A stretch of 64,000 nucleotides of DNA from Gammaproteobacteria bacterium (GTDB lineage Bacteria > Pseudomonadota > Gammaproteobacteria > Pseudomonadales > IMCC2047): contig JAJFKB010000003.1 of the NCBI GenBank assembly GCA_021773395.1, positions 139,574 to 203,573 on the forward strand. Direction: 5' to 3'. A model generated the notes under the pieces. That model searched no databases. It was not told where the DNA came from and was given only the letters and a program-made list of their open reading frames with translations. Shown one piece after another: positions 43,866 to 53,931 of this stretch. The translations under genes were made by a program, and so were the position numbers. The first letter of the stretch is position 1; each line of letters opens with the position of its first letter.

Positions 43866-44993
43866 ATGAGTTCTGAAAATAATGTTTTGAAAACACCGCT
43901 GTATGATCTGCATATGGAACTTGGCGGCAAAATGGTACCTTTTGCGGGCTATCATATGCCTGTGCAGTATAAAGGCATGGGGATCATCAAGGAGCATCAA
44001 CAGGTGCGCGCACAAGCGGGGCTATTTGATGTTTCGCATATGGGTCAATTGATCATTGAGGGCGAGAACGCGACCAGAGCACTCGAAGCAATAGTGCCTG
44101 TAGATATAGATGCCCTGGGTTTAAATAAGCAGACCTATGCGTTGTTTACCAGCGAGGCAGGCGGGATTCTCGATGATCTCATCGTCACTCGCTGGGGGAA
44201 AGAGCAATATTTTCTAGTAGTCAATGCGGCTTGTAAGGATCAGGATGTGGCCCACCTGCAACAGCATTTAGGTGCACAGGCTGAACTGAGCCTTTTGAAC
44301 GATCAGGCCTTAATGGCTTTGCAGGGGCCTACGGCAAAAGATGTGATGGGGGAATTGGCACCGCAAACCAGTGAGCTGGTATTTATGTCGGGTTGCAGGG
44401 CTGTAATTGAAGGTGTTGAGTGCTACATTACCCGATCCGGTTATACCGGAGAGGATGGTTTTGAAATTTCACTACCCGCGGCACAGGCTGATAAAATTGC
44501 TCGGCTTATATTGGCCTTTGGCCAAGTTGAGGCAATTGGATTAGGTGCGCGCGACTCATTGCGTCTGGAAGCTGGCTTGTGTTTGTACGGGCACGATCTG
44601 GATAATGAGACAAGCCCGATCGAGGGAGCTTTAAACTGGTCAATTTCCAAGACGCGACGCACTGGCGGTGCAAAGGAAGGTGGTTTTCCAGGCGCTGATG
44701 TAATACTGGCACAGATGGCCAACGGAGTATCCAGAAAGCGCGTCGGATTATCTATCGACGGCCGGGTTCCCGTACGAGAAGGCGCACAGTTGCTGAATGC
44801 AGAGGGTCAATTGGTCGGACAGGTAACCAGCGGTGGCTTTGCACCTAGTTTGAATGCCCCTGTGGCGATGGGTTATGTAGCGACTGAGTACGCAAAGGAG
44901 GGTGTTCAGTTGAGCGCATTGGTGAGAGACAAGCCAGTTGCGGTTCAAGTGGCGAAGATGCCTTTTGTGGCGCAACGTTATTTTCGAGGCTAG
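43866..44993 (+). CDS. gcvT: Glycine cleavage system aminomethyltransferase (T protein)
   Basis: 375 aa protein with typical GcvT sequence (TPLYDLHMELGGKMVPFAGYHMPVQY), upstream of gcvH. Confidence 0.95.
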   Translation: MSSENNVLKTPLYDLHMELGGKMVPFAGYHMPVQYKGMGIIKEHQQVRAQAGLFDVSHMGQLIIEGENATRALEAIVPVDIDALGLNKQTYALFTSEAGGILDDLIVTRWGKEQYFLVVNAACKDQDVAHLQQHLGAQAELSLLNDQALMALQGPTAKDVMGELAPQTSELVFMSGCRAVIEGVECYITRSGYTGEDGFEISLPAAQADKIARLILAFGQVEAIGLGARDSLRLEAGLCLYGHDLDNETSPIEGALNWSISKTRRTGGAKEGGFPGADVILAQMANGVSRKRVGLSIDGRVPVREGAQLLNAEGQLVGQVTSGGFAPSLNAPVAMGYVATEYAKEGVQLSALVRDKPVAVQVAKMPFVAQRYFRG

Positions 44994-45064
44994 CACGCGT
45001 CGCGTTTGTAAGTGACGCAGGGGTCATGCTGGTTAAAACAGATTTAAGAGAATGAGGAATTGAA

Positions 45065-45442
45065 ATGAGCGCACTTAAATTTACTAAGGCACACGAATGG
45101 CTGTCGATAGATGGAGATCTGGTAACCATAGGGATTACCAACTTTGCACAGGAACAGCTGGGCGATGTGGTTTTCGTCGAGTTGCCGGAAGAGGGTCGGC
45201 AATTGCTGGAAGGGGAAGAAGCAGCGGTTATTGAATCTGTCAAAGCAGCGGGGGAAATCAATGCACCGCTCGCGGGAACAGTGGTTGCGATCAATGAAAC
45301 GCTGGCGGACGCTCCTGATACGGTAAATCAGGATCCTACTGGAGCTGGCTGGTTTTTCAAATTACGCGTTGAAGGCGATATTGAAAACGATGAGTGGTTG
45401 GATGATGAGGCCTACAATCGTTATGTTGAGGATGAGTGTTAG
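45065..45442 (+). CDS. gcvH: Glycine cleavage system H protein
   Basis: Contains the lipoyl-lysine motif ESVKAA in 125 aa. Confidence 0.95.
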   Translation: MSALKFTKAHEWLSIDGDLVTIGITNFAQEQLGDVVFVELPEEGRQLLEGEEAAVIESVKAAGEINAPLAGTVVAINETLADAPDTVNQDPTGAGWFFKLRVEGDIENDEWLDDEAYNRYVEDEC

Positions 45443-45512
45443 CGAGTTGAGTTATTTTACGAAAACCGGCTATAGAAACTGAATTAAGCGGCATTAGTTA
45501 GTAGAGATAGAG

Positions 45513-48413
45513 ATGAGATCAGAACAAGACGTAAGCGGGCCACAACAGCTGGAAATTAATAACGAATTTATCGGGCGTCACATAGGGCCGAGCGTTGAAG
45601 ACCAGCAAAAAATGTTGGAGCATCTGGGTTTGGATAGTATCGAGGCACTGGTGGCAGAGGTGGTGCCACCGGCGATCTATTCTGAGCAACCTCTAGCACT
45701 TGGGGAAAGCTGTTCTGAGCAGGCAGCTTTATCTCAATTAAAGGCTATTGCGCAGAAAAATAAGATCTATCGATCCTTCATTGGGCAAGGCTATTATAAC
45801 TGTCACACACCGAACGTCATATTGCGTAACATACTGGAAAATCCCGGTTGGTATACTGCTTATACGCCCTACCAGCCGGAGATTTCCCAGGGCCGCCTGG
45901 AAGCGCTGCTTAACTTCCAGACCATGATTTCTGATCTTACCGGTATGGATATGGCCAACTCTTCATTATTGGATGAGGCCACCGCGGCGGCAGAAGCTAT
46001 GACGCTCTGTCAACGAATCAGCAAGTCCAAGTCCAAGTGCTTTTTTGTATCAAGTGAGTGCTTTGAGCAGACCATTGATGTGGTGCAAACTCGCGCTGAG
46101 CCGATTGGTATTGAGGTTGTGGTCGGTGATCATCGAACGGATCTAGAAGGCCTGGATTGTTTTGGTGTGCTATTGCAGTATCCGGCTGCCTGCGGTGAGG
46201 TTTTTGATTATCGATCGACGATTGAATCCGCTCATGCAAAGCAGGCATTGGTGGTGATGGCAGCCGATCTATTGAGTCTTATGCTATTGAAATCACCAGG
46301 CGAGCTGGGTGCTGATGTGGCTATTGGCAGTAGCCAGCGATTTGGTGTGCCTTTAGGCTTTGGTGGACCGCATGCCGGTTATATGGCGACGCAGGAGAAA
46401 TTAAAGCGCGCGCTACCGGGCCGTATAGTTGGATTATCGGTAGATAGTCAGGGGCAGCCCGCTTATCGCTTGGCTTTGCAAACTCGTGAGCAACATATTC
46501 GTCGTGAAAAGGCGACCAGTAATATCTGTACTGCACAGGTACTTTTAGCCGTGATGGCCAGCATGTTTGCTGTCTACCATGGCCCGCAGGGCTTGAGACG
46601 AATTGCGACCCGCGTGAATCAACTGACCCTGGTGTTGGCTGAAGGTCTAAAGCAATTGGGTTGGAAGATAGCCAATGACAACTGCTTTGACACGCTGGTG
46701 GTAGAGACCGGCAACTATACGCAGACATTGCATGAGGCAGCGCGGGGCCTGCAGATTAACCTTCGGGAAATTGACGCGCAGTCTGTGGGAATTTCATTGG
46801 ATGAAACGGTTCTGCCAAAGGATGTAGATCAGCTTTGGCAAATATTTGCACGGGATCAGCAGCTGAACTTTAGCTTTGACCAGCTGACGGCGAACACATC
46901 TCTGGATTTATCAGAAGAGATGCTACGCACAGATGCACTACTCAGCCACGAGTGCTTTAACCGCTATCATTCAGAAACCGAGATGATGCGTTACCTGCGA
47001 CAGCTGGCGGATAAAGATATTGCGCTGGATCGTGCGATGATACCGCTGGGCTCCTGTACCATGAAGCTCAATGCGGTGGCTGAGATGATGCCCGTTACCT
47101 GGCCGGAATTCAGCCAGATTCACCCATTTGTACCTTTGGATCAGGCGCAAGGCTATCTGCAGCTGACGTCAGAGCTTGAACAAATGCTCTGTGCGGTCAC
47201 TGGATATGATGCCGTATCACTGCAGCCAAATGCTGGATCCCAGGGAGAATATGCCGGTTTACTGGCCATTCGCGCCTACCACGAGAGCCGTGGTGAAGGG
47301 CATCGTAATATTTGTCTGATCCCCAGTTCTGCACACGGCACCAACCCCGCATCGGCACAAATGTGTGATATGAAAGTGGTGGTCGTGAAGTGTGATGAGC
47401 AGGGAAATGTTGACCTGACTGATTTGACGGCCAAGGCACAACTGCATCGTGATAATCTGGCTGCTATTATGGTGACCTATCCCTCTACACATGGGGTGTT
47501 CGAGAACCGTATCAAAGATATTTGTGCCGTCGTTCATGACAATGGTGGGCAGGTGTATATGGACGGTGCAAACCTCAATGCTATGGTGGGGTTGTGTCAG
47601 CCGGGAAAATTTGGCGGTGATGTGTCGCACCTTAACCTGCATAAAACATTTTGTATTCCGCATGGTGGCGGTGGCCCCGGCGTAGGGCCTATCGCTGTAG
47701 GCGAACATCTGGCGCAATTTTTACCTGGGCACAAAATGCTAATAGCTCAGGGCAAAGAGCAACAGGTAGGGCCGGTATCCGCGGCCGCCTGGGGCAGCGC
47801 GGGGATTCTACCGATCAGCTGGATGTACATTCAAATGATGGGTGCACAGGGACTCAGGCAGGCCACGGAAGTAGCCATACTGAGTGCCAACTATCTGGCA
47901 GCGCGCTTGCAAGAGCATTATCCGGTGCTTTATACAGGCATTAACGGCAGAGTGGCACACGAGTGTATTATCGACTTAAGGGCCATCAAAGATGCCAGCG
48001 GTATTAGCGTGGATGATGTGGCTAAACGGCTAATTGATTTTGGATTTCATGCGCCGACTATGTCTTTCCCGGTTGCCGGGACGTTGATGATTGAACCTAC
48101 GGAGAGTGAATCCTTGCAGGAGCTGGATCGCTTTTGTGAAGCCATGAGCTGCATCCGGGAGGAAATCAGGGCGGTTGAACGGGGCGAAGTCGATGAGCAT
48201 GACAACCCATTGAAAAATGCGCCTCATACGGCGCAGGTGTTGGTTGCCGACAACTGGGCGCATGCCTATGGCCGAGAACAGGCAGCTTATCCGGTAGAAA
48301 GTTTGCGAACTAATAAGTATTGGTCACCGGTAGGACGTGTTGATAACGTATATGGCGATCGCAATTTGATCTGCGCATGCCCTTCCCCGTCGGAATATGA
48401 ATCGCAGGATTGA
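45513..48413 (+). CDS. gcvP: Glycine dehydrogenase (decarboxylating), P protein
   Basis: 966 aa single-chain P protein with PLP-lysine region [16 protein letters not shown]. Confidence 0.96.
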   Translation: MRSEQDVSGPQQLEINNEFIGRHIGPSVEDQQKMLEHLGLDSIEALVAEVVPPAIYSEQPLALGESCSEQAALSQLKAIAQKNKIYRSFIGQGYYNCHTPNVILRNILENPGWYTAYTPYQPEISQGRLEALLNFQTMISDLTGMDMANSSLLDEATAAAEAMTLCQRISKSKSKCFFVSSECFEQTIDVVQTRAEPIGIEVVVGDHRTDLEGLDCFGVLLQYPAACGEVFDYRSTIESAHAKQALVVMAADLLSLMLLKSPGELGADVAIGSSQRFGVPLGFGGPHAGYMATQEKLKRALPGRIVGLSVDSQGQPAYRLALQTREQHIRREKATSNICTAQVLLAVMASMFAVYHGPQGLRRIATRVNQLTLVLAEGLKQLGWKIANDNCFDTLVVETGNYTQTLHEAARGLQINLREIDAQSVGISLDETVLPKDVDQLWQIFARDQQLNFSFDQLTANTSLDLSEEMLRTDALLSHECFNRYHSETEMMRYLRQLADKDIALDRAMIPLGSCTMKLNAVAEMMPVTWPEFSQIHPFVPLDQAQGYLQLTSELEQMLCAVTGYDAVSLQPNAGSQGEYAGLLAIRAYHESRGEGHRNICLIPSSAHGTNPASAQMCDMKVVVVKCDEQGNVDLTDLTAKAQLHRDNLAAIMVTYPSTHGVFENRIKDICAVVHDNGGQVYMDGANLNAMVGLCQPGKFGGDVSHLNLHKTFCIPHGGGGPGVGPIAVGEHLAQFLPGHKMLIAQGKEQQVGPVSAAAWGSAGILPISWMYIQMMGAQGLRQATEVAILSANYLAARLQEHYPVLYTGINGRVAHECIIDLRAIKDASGISVDDVAKRLIDFGFHAPTMSFPVAGTLMIEPTESESLQELDRFCEAMSCIREEIRAVERGEVDEHDNPLKNAPHTAQVLVADNWAHAYGREQAAYPVESLRTNKYWSPVGRVDNVYGDRNLICACPSPSEYESQD

Positions 48414-48514
48414 CTAAATTGGTGACCTTCTGCTGGGTTAAAAAGCATATTCATCCCGATTAAGTCAGAGCTGTCTCGAAAGGGTTTGGGAATAAAATAA
48501 AATTTGTTTCGGTA

Positions 48515-49384
48515 TTAACGGGGTTTCTTGGGTTTTAGTTTCAGAACATTGTCAATGTCTGATGCCTCGTGTCGTTCGCAAAGTTGTTCCCAAGGCTCTC
48601 CCCAGGTCCGGTTTACTATTCTTCCTCGCTGTACGGCCTTACGTTGCAATATTAATTCGGCCCAACGCCGGACATTTTGGTAGCTCTTAACGTTCAGAAA
48701 TTCGCCTGAATCGTATAGAGTTTCCAGGGCCAAATTACCGTACCATGGCCAGATAGCCATATCTGCGATGCTGTAATAATCGCCCACGATAAAACGCCGG
48801 GATGATAATTGTTTGTCTAGCAGGTCGAGCTGGCGTTTGACCTCCATGGTATAGCGATCAATGGCGTACTCGATCTTGATCGGCGCGTAAGAATAGAAGT
48901 GACCAAACCCACCTCCTAAATAGGGCGCCGAACCTTGTAACCAAAAGAGCCAATTCAGAACTTCGGTTCGCTCTACCGTTTCCTGTGGCAAAAAGTGGCT
49001 AAATTTTTCCGCTAGATATAGCAAAATGGCGCCTGATTCAAAGACACGTATGCGAGTTTCACCTGAGCAGTCGATTAATGCAGGAATTTTCGAGTTGGGG
49101 TTGGCATCTACAAATCCAGTGGAGAATTGGTCTCCCTCACTAATTTTAATCAAGTGAGCGTCGTATTCGGCCTCCGGTTCGTTTAAGGCCAACAGCTCCT
49201 CAAGCATAATAGTCACCTTCTGGCCATTGGGGGTTCCCATAGAATAAAGTTGCAGGGGATGCGTCCCTTCTGGAAGCTTTGCCTCATGTGTTGCGCCGGC
49301 CACGGGCCGATTGGTCTTTGACCAGTTGCCACCGTTTTCGCTATTAAAAGCCCAAACCTTCGGTGTAACATATTCGTTTATCAT
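48515..49384 (-). CDS. Glutathione S-transferase, YghU (nu-class)-like
   Basis: Contains LQLYSMGTPNGQKVTIMLEELL and NPNSKIPALID, closely matching my recollection of E. coli YghU. Confidence 0.85.
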   Translation of the reverse strand: MINEYVTPKVWAFNSENGGNWSKTNRPVAGATHEAKLPEGTHPLQLYSMGTPNGQKVTIMLEELLALNEPEAEYDAHLIKISEGDQFSTGFVDANPNSKIPALIDCSGETRIRVFESGAILLYLAEKFSHFLPQETVERTEVLNWLFWLQGSAPYLGGGFGHFYSYAPIKIEYAIDRYTMEVKRQLDLLDKQLSSRRFIVGDYYSIADMAIWPWYGNLALETLYDSGEFLNVKSYQNVRRWAELILQRKAVQRGRIVNRTWGEPWEQLCERHEASDIDNVLKLKPKKPR

Positions 49385-49836
49385 AGAGTCCTCATTTAAA
49401 TTTTACCTAGCACCGGTTTTGCTGGTAATTTTCGATATTGGATCCAGTAGACTGCATAAGGCACTCTTAGATCCGTGGTATCGGTTTAAAAGTACTGATG
49501 CCATCAATACTTATAATATCACGCAGAAGAGAGGGGCTTGACGCGTACAGACTTTAAAGCCTTTATACTGCTGCATCAAATCTTAAGCCTAAACCCTATG
49601 CCTTCGCGAAAAGCATACCACTATCTTGTCATACCATAATTGGCCAAATGCTTTGGCTAGTGGAAGGGTGGATAGGGCTTATGGTCTTTTGGATCGAAAC
49701 CTGTTTTTCCATGGATGATCGAAAATTTAACCCCTGGAATACACGGATCGCATATAATAGGTTCACAGTCAGGCTTATGTTGGTGATAGTTATAGTCACC
49801 GTGTAAAGCGTCCAATTTCAATAGAGGTGATCAATC

Positions 49837-50355
49837 ATGTCGAGTTCAATCGTGCTAACTGTGATCTGCGATGACCGTCCAGGCATTGTTGAATCACTTT
49901 CACAAACCTTGGCGGCCCATGGCGGTAATTGGGTTGAGAGCAGCATGCTGTCGTTAGCGGGAAAGTTTGCCGGAATATTGATGGCGACTGTGCCGAACGA
50001 GCACACAGAAACGTTGATTGCGGATTTGCAGGCGTTAGGTGCGTCTGGATTACAAATAGTGGTCGAACGCACCGACGCTCAAGCCAGGCCAGAGGGAGCA
50101 CGCGAGTTCAGCCTTGAACTAGTTGGCCAGGATCGGCCAGGTATTGTGCGAGATATTACCCAGATATTGGCGAGACAGCATATCAACGTCGAGGAACTCG
50201 AAACGGAATGCCAAGATGCTTCGATGTCTGGGGAAAATCTGTTTATAGCTAACGCCAGAATTTTGGTTCCAGCACAAGCGTCCCTTGAAATCCTTCAAGA
50301 TGAGCTGGAAAATCTGGCTAATGAGCTGATGGTGGATATTAAACTGGAAGAGTAA
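49837..50355 (+). CDS. gcvR: Two-ACT-domain protein, glycine cleavage system transcriptional repressor GcvR-like
   Basis: Two tandem ACT-type repeats (DRPGIVESLSQTLAAHGGNW and DRPGIVRDITQILARQHINV) in 172 aa, near gcvTHP. Confidence 0.75.
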   Translation: MSSSIVLTVICDDRPGIVESLSQTLAAHGGNWVESSMLSLAGKFAGILMATVPNEHTETLIADLQALGASGLQIVVERTDAQARPEGAREFSLELVGQDRPGIVRDITQILARQHINVEELETECQDASMSGENLFIANARILVPAQASLEILQDELENLANELMVDIKLEE

Positions 50356-50588
50356 AACCTCCTGCGGTTTTCCGGGAGATCAGGTAAGCTTTGGTTTTAA
50401 TCGAACGGTTGATCCTGGTGTTTGTTTGTTTGGTGAGTTACCCATGAGCAGAAAGATTCAGCGAGTATCAGGTGTTCCAGGTAATGGGAATTATCGCTAG
50501 CTAGCCTGTCGCGTTCATTTCCTTTTGTTGTGATGGGCTGTTTAATTTCGTTGGCCTTGTCGCGCCATGTTTTCGATAAATATCTATG

Positions 50589-50617
50589 TTAACAGAGCAT
50601 TCAATAAATGTTAGTAT
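50589..50617 (+). promoter_or_regulatory. Putative sigma70 promoter of the thiamine uptake operon
   Basis: TTAACA (50589-50594), a 17 nt spacer, then TAGTAT (50612-50617). It lies just upstream of the palindrome and the THI-box. Confidence 0.35.
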
Positions 50618-50623
50618 ACCCGC

Positions 50624-50661
50624 GCTTATTTAGTAGATAACCAGCGACTATCTAAATAAGC
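50624..50661. promoter_or_regulatory. Inverted repeat GCTTATTTAG-N18-CTAAATAAGC (extendable to 13 bp with a 3-nt bulge), abutting the riboswitch
   Basis: The 10 bp arms are perfect (50624-50633 and 50652-50661). It sits between the putative -10 and the THI-box P1 stem. Confidence 0.5.
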
Positions 50662-50772
50662 ACAGTCCTAGGGGTGGCCTCCGGCCTGAGATTTGTCTGG
50701 TGAAGTGATAAACACTTTATCTGTACATAAACCCTTTGAACCTGATCCGGTTAATGCCGGCGTAGGGATAGG
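50662..50772 (+). promoter_or_regulatory. TPP (thiamine pyrophosphate) riboswitch, THI-box
   Basis: All conserved THI-element blocks are present: AGGGGUG, CUGAGA, ACCCUUUGAACCUGAUCCGGUUAAUGCCGGCGUAGGGA, with a variable P3 insert. A downstream hairpin, GUCUCUUU (50812-50819) paired with AAGGAGAC (50830-50837), can sequester the SD of the GTG start at 50844. Confidence 0.9.
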
Positions 50773-50843
50773 GATCTTTTCCATAGATACATTCTGCGCT
50801 TTGCACTCCGGGTCTCTTTTGTCATTTTTAAGGAGACACTGAG

Positions 50844-52958
50844 GTGAAATTTAAATCAATAGTTAGAACACCCTTGATCATGTCGGCGGCATTGCTTCCG
50901 GCGTTGGCACTGGCGGACAACCGCATTGAAGAGATTGTTGTGAATGCGGATTTTCGGCCACAGGACCTGATGGATCTGCCGGCCAGCTTAAGCGTTGTCA
51001 CAAGTGACACGATTAATGCCAGAAATGCCCGTCATTTCGATGAAATACTCAATGCTGCACCCAACGTTAACTTTGCTGCCGGGGCATCCCGGGGGCGCTT
51101 TATCCAGCTTCGCGGTATTGGCGAGCGTAGTCAGTTTGTCGACCCGGTCAATCCTTCGGTTGGTGTGATGGTTGATGATATAGATTTCAGCGGTATCGGT
51201 AACGCCGGAACGCTTTTTGATATTAACCAGGTTGAAATTTTACGCGGACCACAGGGTACCCGGTTTGGTAATAATGCGCTGGCGGGATTGGTCTATCTGA
51301 CCGCAAATAATCCGACAGAAGCGTTTGAAGGAGCGCTAGAGGCCAGTGTTGCGAATTATGATACCTGGAGCACCGGGGTTGTGGTCAGCGGGCCTGTCTC
51401 GCCTAACCTGCTGGGCCGTTTTGCGGTTCAGCAATATCAAAGTGACGGTTTTATCGATAATGAGTTTCTCAATCGAGACGATACCAACGCCCGTGATGAG
51501 CTGACAGTACGCGGAAAGCTGCGTTGGTTGGCAGCTGATAATCTGAGTTTCGATCTCTCCCTGTTCTACGCAGATCTGGATAACGGTTACGATACCTTTT
51601 CGCTGGACAGAAATCGCAATACGCTATCCGATGAGCCGGGAAACGATCGCCAGGAGTCAACAGCTGTTTCCCTTGGGACGACTTGGGAGTCGGCAGCCGG
51701 TTTTACCCTGGAAGCGAGTCTGGTCTATCAGGAATCTGATCTGGAATATGGTTATGATGAAGACTGGGCATTCGTGGGCATCCATCCCTGGGAATACCAG
51801 TCGGTTGACAACTATGTGCGTGATCGGGATCAGCTCAGTGTCGACCTGCGTCTTCTTTCGCAGGAGGGCAGTGAGCTATTTAATGGTTCAACCCACTGGG
51901 TAGTGGGGCTCTATTTTGAAAATCAGGAGGAGCAGCTGGAGCGAAGCTACACCTATGGTGACGTGCCGCTGTTTGAGAGCAATTCGGAAATGCAGACGCT
52001 CGCACTTTACGGTGAGCTGGACTCGCAATTGGCGGAGAATCTCACACTCAAGGTTGGTCTGCGGGTCGAGCAGTTTGATCATGAGTATCGGGATAATATC
52101 GGGATTAGCGCGGAACCTGACGATGATATGTGGGGTGGGCAGATCAGCCTGGAATATCAGCTTAACGATAACAGCATGATTTATGGTCTGGTGTCGAGGG
52201 GTTATAAGGCTGGCTCCGTCAATGGTGATGCACTTGGGAAAGCGTTACTTCGAGCTTGGCCGCCCACATTGGTGGATTTTCTAACACAGCACCTGGAATT
52301 TGATACGGAAACGCTACTGAATTTCGAGCTGGGCTATAAAGGGAGCTATTTTGATGAGCGGCTACAAACCCGATTGTCACTGTTCCGCATGGATCGCAGT
52401 GATATGCAGTTGAAAGCCTGGATAGTGGATGGTGTACAGTTTGCCGGTTATATCGATAATGTCGATCAGGGTGAGAATTATGGCCTGGAACTGGAATCCA
52501 TCTGGCAGGTTTCTGATGCGCTTCAATTATTTGCCAACATAGGCTGGCTGGAAACCGAGTTGGAAGATGATTTCTTTGTGAATGACGTGGATCTCGGGTT
52601 GGTCAACAAGAAAGGCCGCGAACAGGCACACGCACCGAATTATCAGTTCAATGTCGGTGGGCAGCTTGAATTTGCCCAGAATTTTTATGCGCGACTGGAA
52701 GTGGAAGCTAAGGATGAGTTCTACTATTCCAATAGCCATGAATCGAAGTCCGACAGCTTTGAGCTGGTCAATCTGACCTTGGGATACCGAGGAGAGCATT
52801 TTGATTTGATCCTTTGGAGCCGAAATCTGCTGGATAAAGATTATGGGGTGCGCGGGTTTCGCTTTGGTAACGACCCGCGTGACTTTTACGCGACGCACAC
52901 CTACGAGCAGTTGGGTGAGCCCAGAGTTTTTGGTGTCACGGGCAAATATCGTTTCTGA
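50844..52958 (+). CDS. TonB-dependent outer-membrane receptor (riboswitch context implies thiamine or a thiamine precursor)
   Basis: Signal peptide ..ALALA|D, a TonB-box-like EEIVVNA, a plug plus 22-strand-size barrel (704 aa), and a terminal aromatic ..KYRF. Confidence 0.88.
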   Translation: MKFKSIVRTPLIMSAALLPALALADNRIEEIVVNADFRPQDLMDLPASLSVVTSDTINARNARHFDEILNAAPNVNFAAGASRGRFIQLRGIGERSQFVDPVNPSVGVMVDDIDFSGIGNAGTLFDINQVEILRGPQGTRFGNNALAGLVYLTANNPTEAFEGALEASVANYDTWSTGVVVSGPVSPNLLGRFAVQQYQSDGFIDNEFLNRDDTNARDELTVRGKLRWLAADNLSFDLSLFYADLDNGYDTFSLDRNRNTLSDEPGNDRQESTAVSLGTTWESAAGFTLEASLVYQESDLEYGYDEDWAFVGIHPWEYQSVDNYVRDRDQLSVDLRLLSQEGSELFNGSTHWVVGLYFENQEEQLERSYTYGDVPLFESNSEMQTLALYGELDSQLAENLTLKVGLRVEQFDHEYRDNIGISAEPDDDMWGGQISLEYQLNDNSMIYGLVSRGYKAGSVNGDALGKALLRAWPPTLVDFLTQHLEFDTETLLNFELGYKGSYFDERLQTRLSLFRMDRSDMQLKAWIVDGVQFAGYIDNVDQGENYGLELESIWQVSDALQLFANIGWLETELEDDFFVNDVDLGLVNKKGREQAHAPNYQFNVGGQLEFAQNFYARLEVEAKDEFYYSNSHESKSDSFELVNLTLGYRGEHFDLILWSRNLLDKDYGVRGFRFGNDPRDFYATHTYEQLGEPRVFGVTGKYRF

Positions 52959-53048
52959 TAGAGAATTCCTGTGGCTTGTGCGCAGGGGTCATTTAATTGG
53001 GCCGGAAATTTCAGGTTGAAGTTACTGGCCCAGATTAGAGGGTGAACA

Positions 53049-53309
53049 ATGAAGATATCCGTAGAAATCAGCATGTATCCGTTAAGGGATGAATTTCTTC
53101 CTGTAATTGGCTATTTTATTGAACAATTGAATAAGGATCAGCAGGTTGAGGTGAAAACCAATAGCATGAGTACACAGCTGTTTGGTGAATACGATCAGGT
53201 GATGGCGCTGTTACAAGCCTCAATCAAGGAATCGTTCGAGCGTTTTAATAAGGTGGTGTTTGCGACTAAGTTTTTACATGGAGACGCACGCGCTAACGGT
53301 TATGAATGA
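53049..53309 (+). CDS. YkoF/MTH1187-family small thiamine-binding protein (Thiamine_BP-like)
   Basis: 86 aa protein whose pattern MKISVEISMYPL..fi..L......v....mSTqLfGEyDqV matches my recollection of the DUF77/Thiamine_BP fold. It has no signal peptide. Confidence 0.6.
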   Translation: MKISVEISMYPLRDEFLPVIGYFIEQLNKDQQVEVKTNSMSTQLFGEYDQVMALLQASIKESFERFNKVVFATKFLHGDARANGYE

Positions 53310-53931
53310 GATGTTCTCCGCGGCTCAATCTGCGATTGCGGCAATGTCAGTCATTGAGTTCAGCGCGGTGTTGCTGGGCGTGCTGTATCTGCTGTTGGCG
53401 ATGAAGGAAAATATTCTGTGCTGGTATGCGGCCTTCGTTAGCACGGCATTGTCTATCTACATTTTTTGGGATGTAGAGCTGTTGATGGAGTCCGCTCTGC
53501 AGATTTATTATCTGGTAATGGCCGTTTATGGCTGGTATCAATGGAAATTTGGCGCTAGAGGGAAAGAACAGCTCCCGATAGTCAGTTGGCCTTTCCAGAC
53601 ACACCTGTGGTTATTGATGCTGGTTATAGGGTGCTCGATCCTGTCCGGCTTTCTACTGACAGAAAATACCAGTGCCGCCTGGCCTTACCTGGACTCGTTT
53701 ACTACCTGGGGAAGTATCGTAACCACTTATATGGTGGCTAAAAAGGTATTGGAAAACTGGATTTACTGGCTGGTTATTGATTTTTTATCAATTTTTCTAT
53801 ACCTTGACCGCGGCCTCTATTTGTATGCCTTATTGTTTATGGTCTATATTGTGATTGTCATTTTTGGGCTGCTGACATGGACACGACACTACCAGACTCA
53901 GGGACAGAAAACCCTCAACAACAGTATTTAA
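53302..53931 (+). CDS. PnuC-family permease (PnuT-like thiamine / nicotinamide riboside transporter family)
   Basis: About 7 transmembrane segments with W-rich PnuC-like motifs (YGWYQW, ENWIYWLVID). The start is placed at ATG 53302 (MNEMF), overlapping the upstream stop TGA 53307-53309 in an ATGAATGA arrangement that suggests translational coupling. Confidence 0.75.
   Translation: MNEMFSAAQSAIAAMSVIEFSAVLLGVLYLLLAMKENILCWYAAFVSTALSIYIFWDVELLMESALQIYYLVMAVYGWYQWKFGARGKEQLPIVSWPFQTHLWLLMLVIGCSILSGFLLTENTSAAWPYLDSFTTWGSIVTTYMVAKKVLENWIYWLVIDFLSIFLYLDRGLYLYALLFMVYIVIVIFGLLTWTRHYQTQGQKTLNNSI

Noticed and set aside
49681-49806. 41-aa ORF (MVFWIETCFSMDDRKFNPWNTRIAYNRFTVRLMLVIVIVTV) in the 450-bp GST-gcvR intergenic region.
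   Set aside because: It has no RBS and no recognisable family, and it overlaps a likely gcvR promoter (CATATAAT). The evidence is insufficient.
50416-50560. GcvB-like sRNA downstream of gcvR. It has a GU-rich tract TGGTGTTTGTTTGTTTGGTG (50416-50435) and GTTGTGATG (about 50527-50535), which is identical to a 9-mer I recall from the GcvB R1 seed.
   Set aside because: No promoter or Rho-independent terminator frames it. A specific 9-mer is expected by chance roughly once per two windows of this size on both strands. The remaining GcvB blocks are not recognisable. It is worth one cmsearch (RF00022) but is not reportable.
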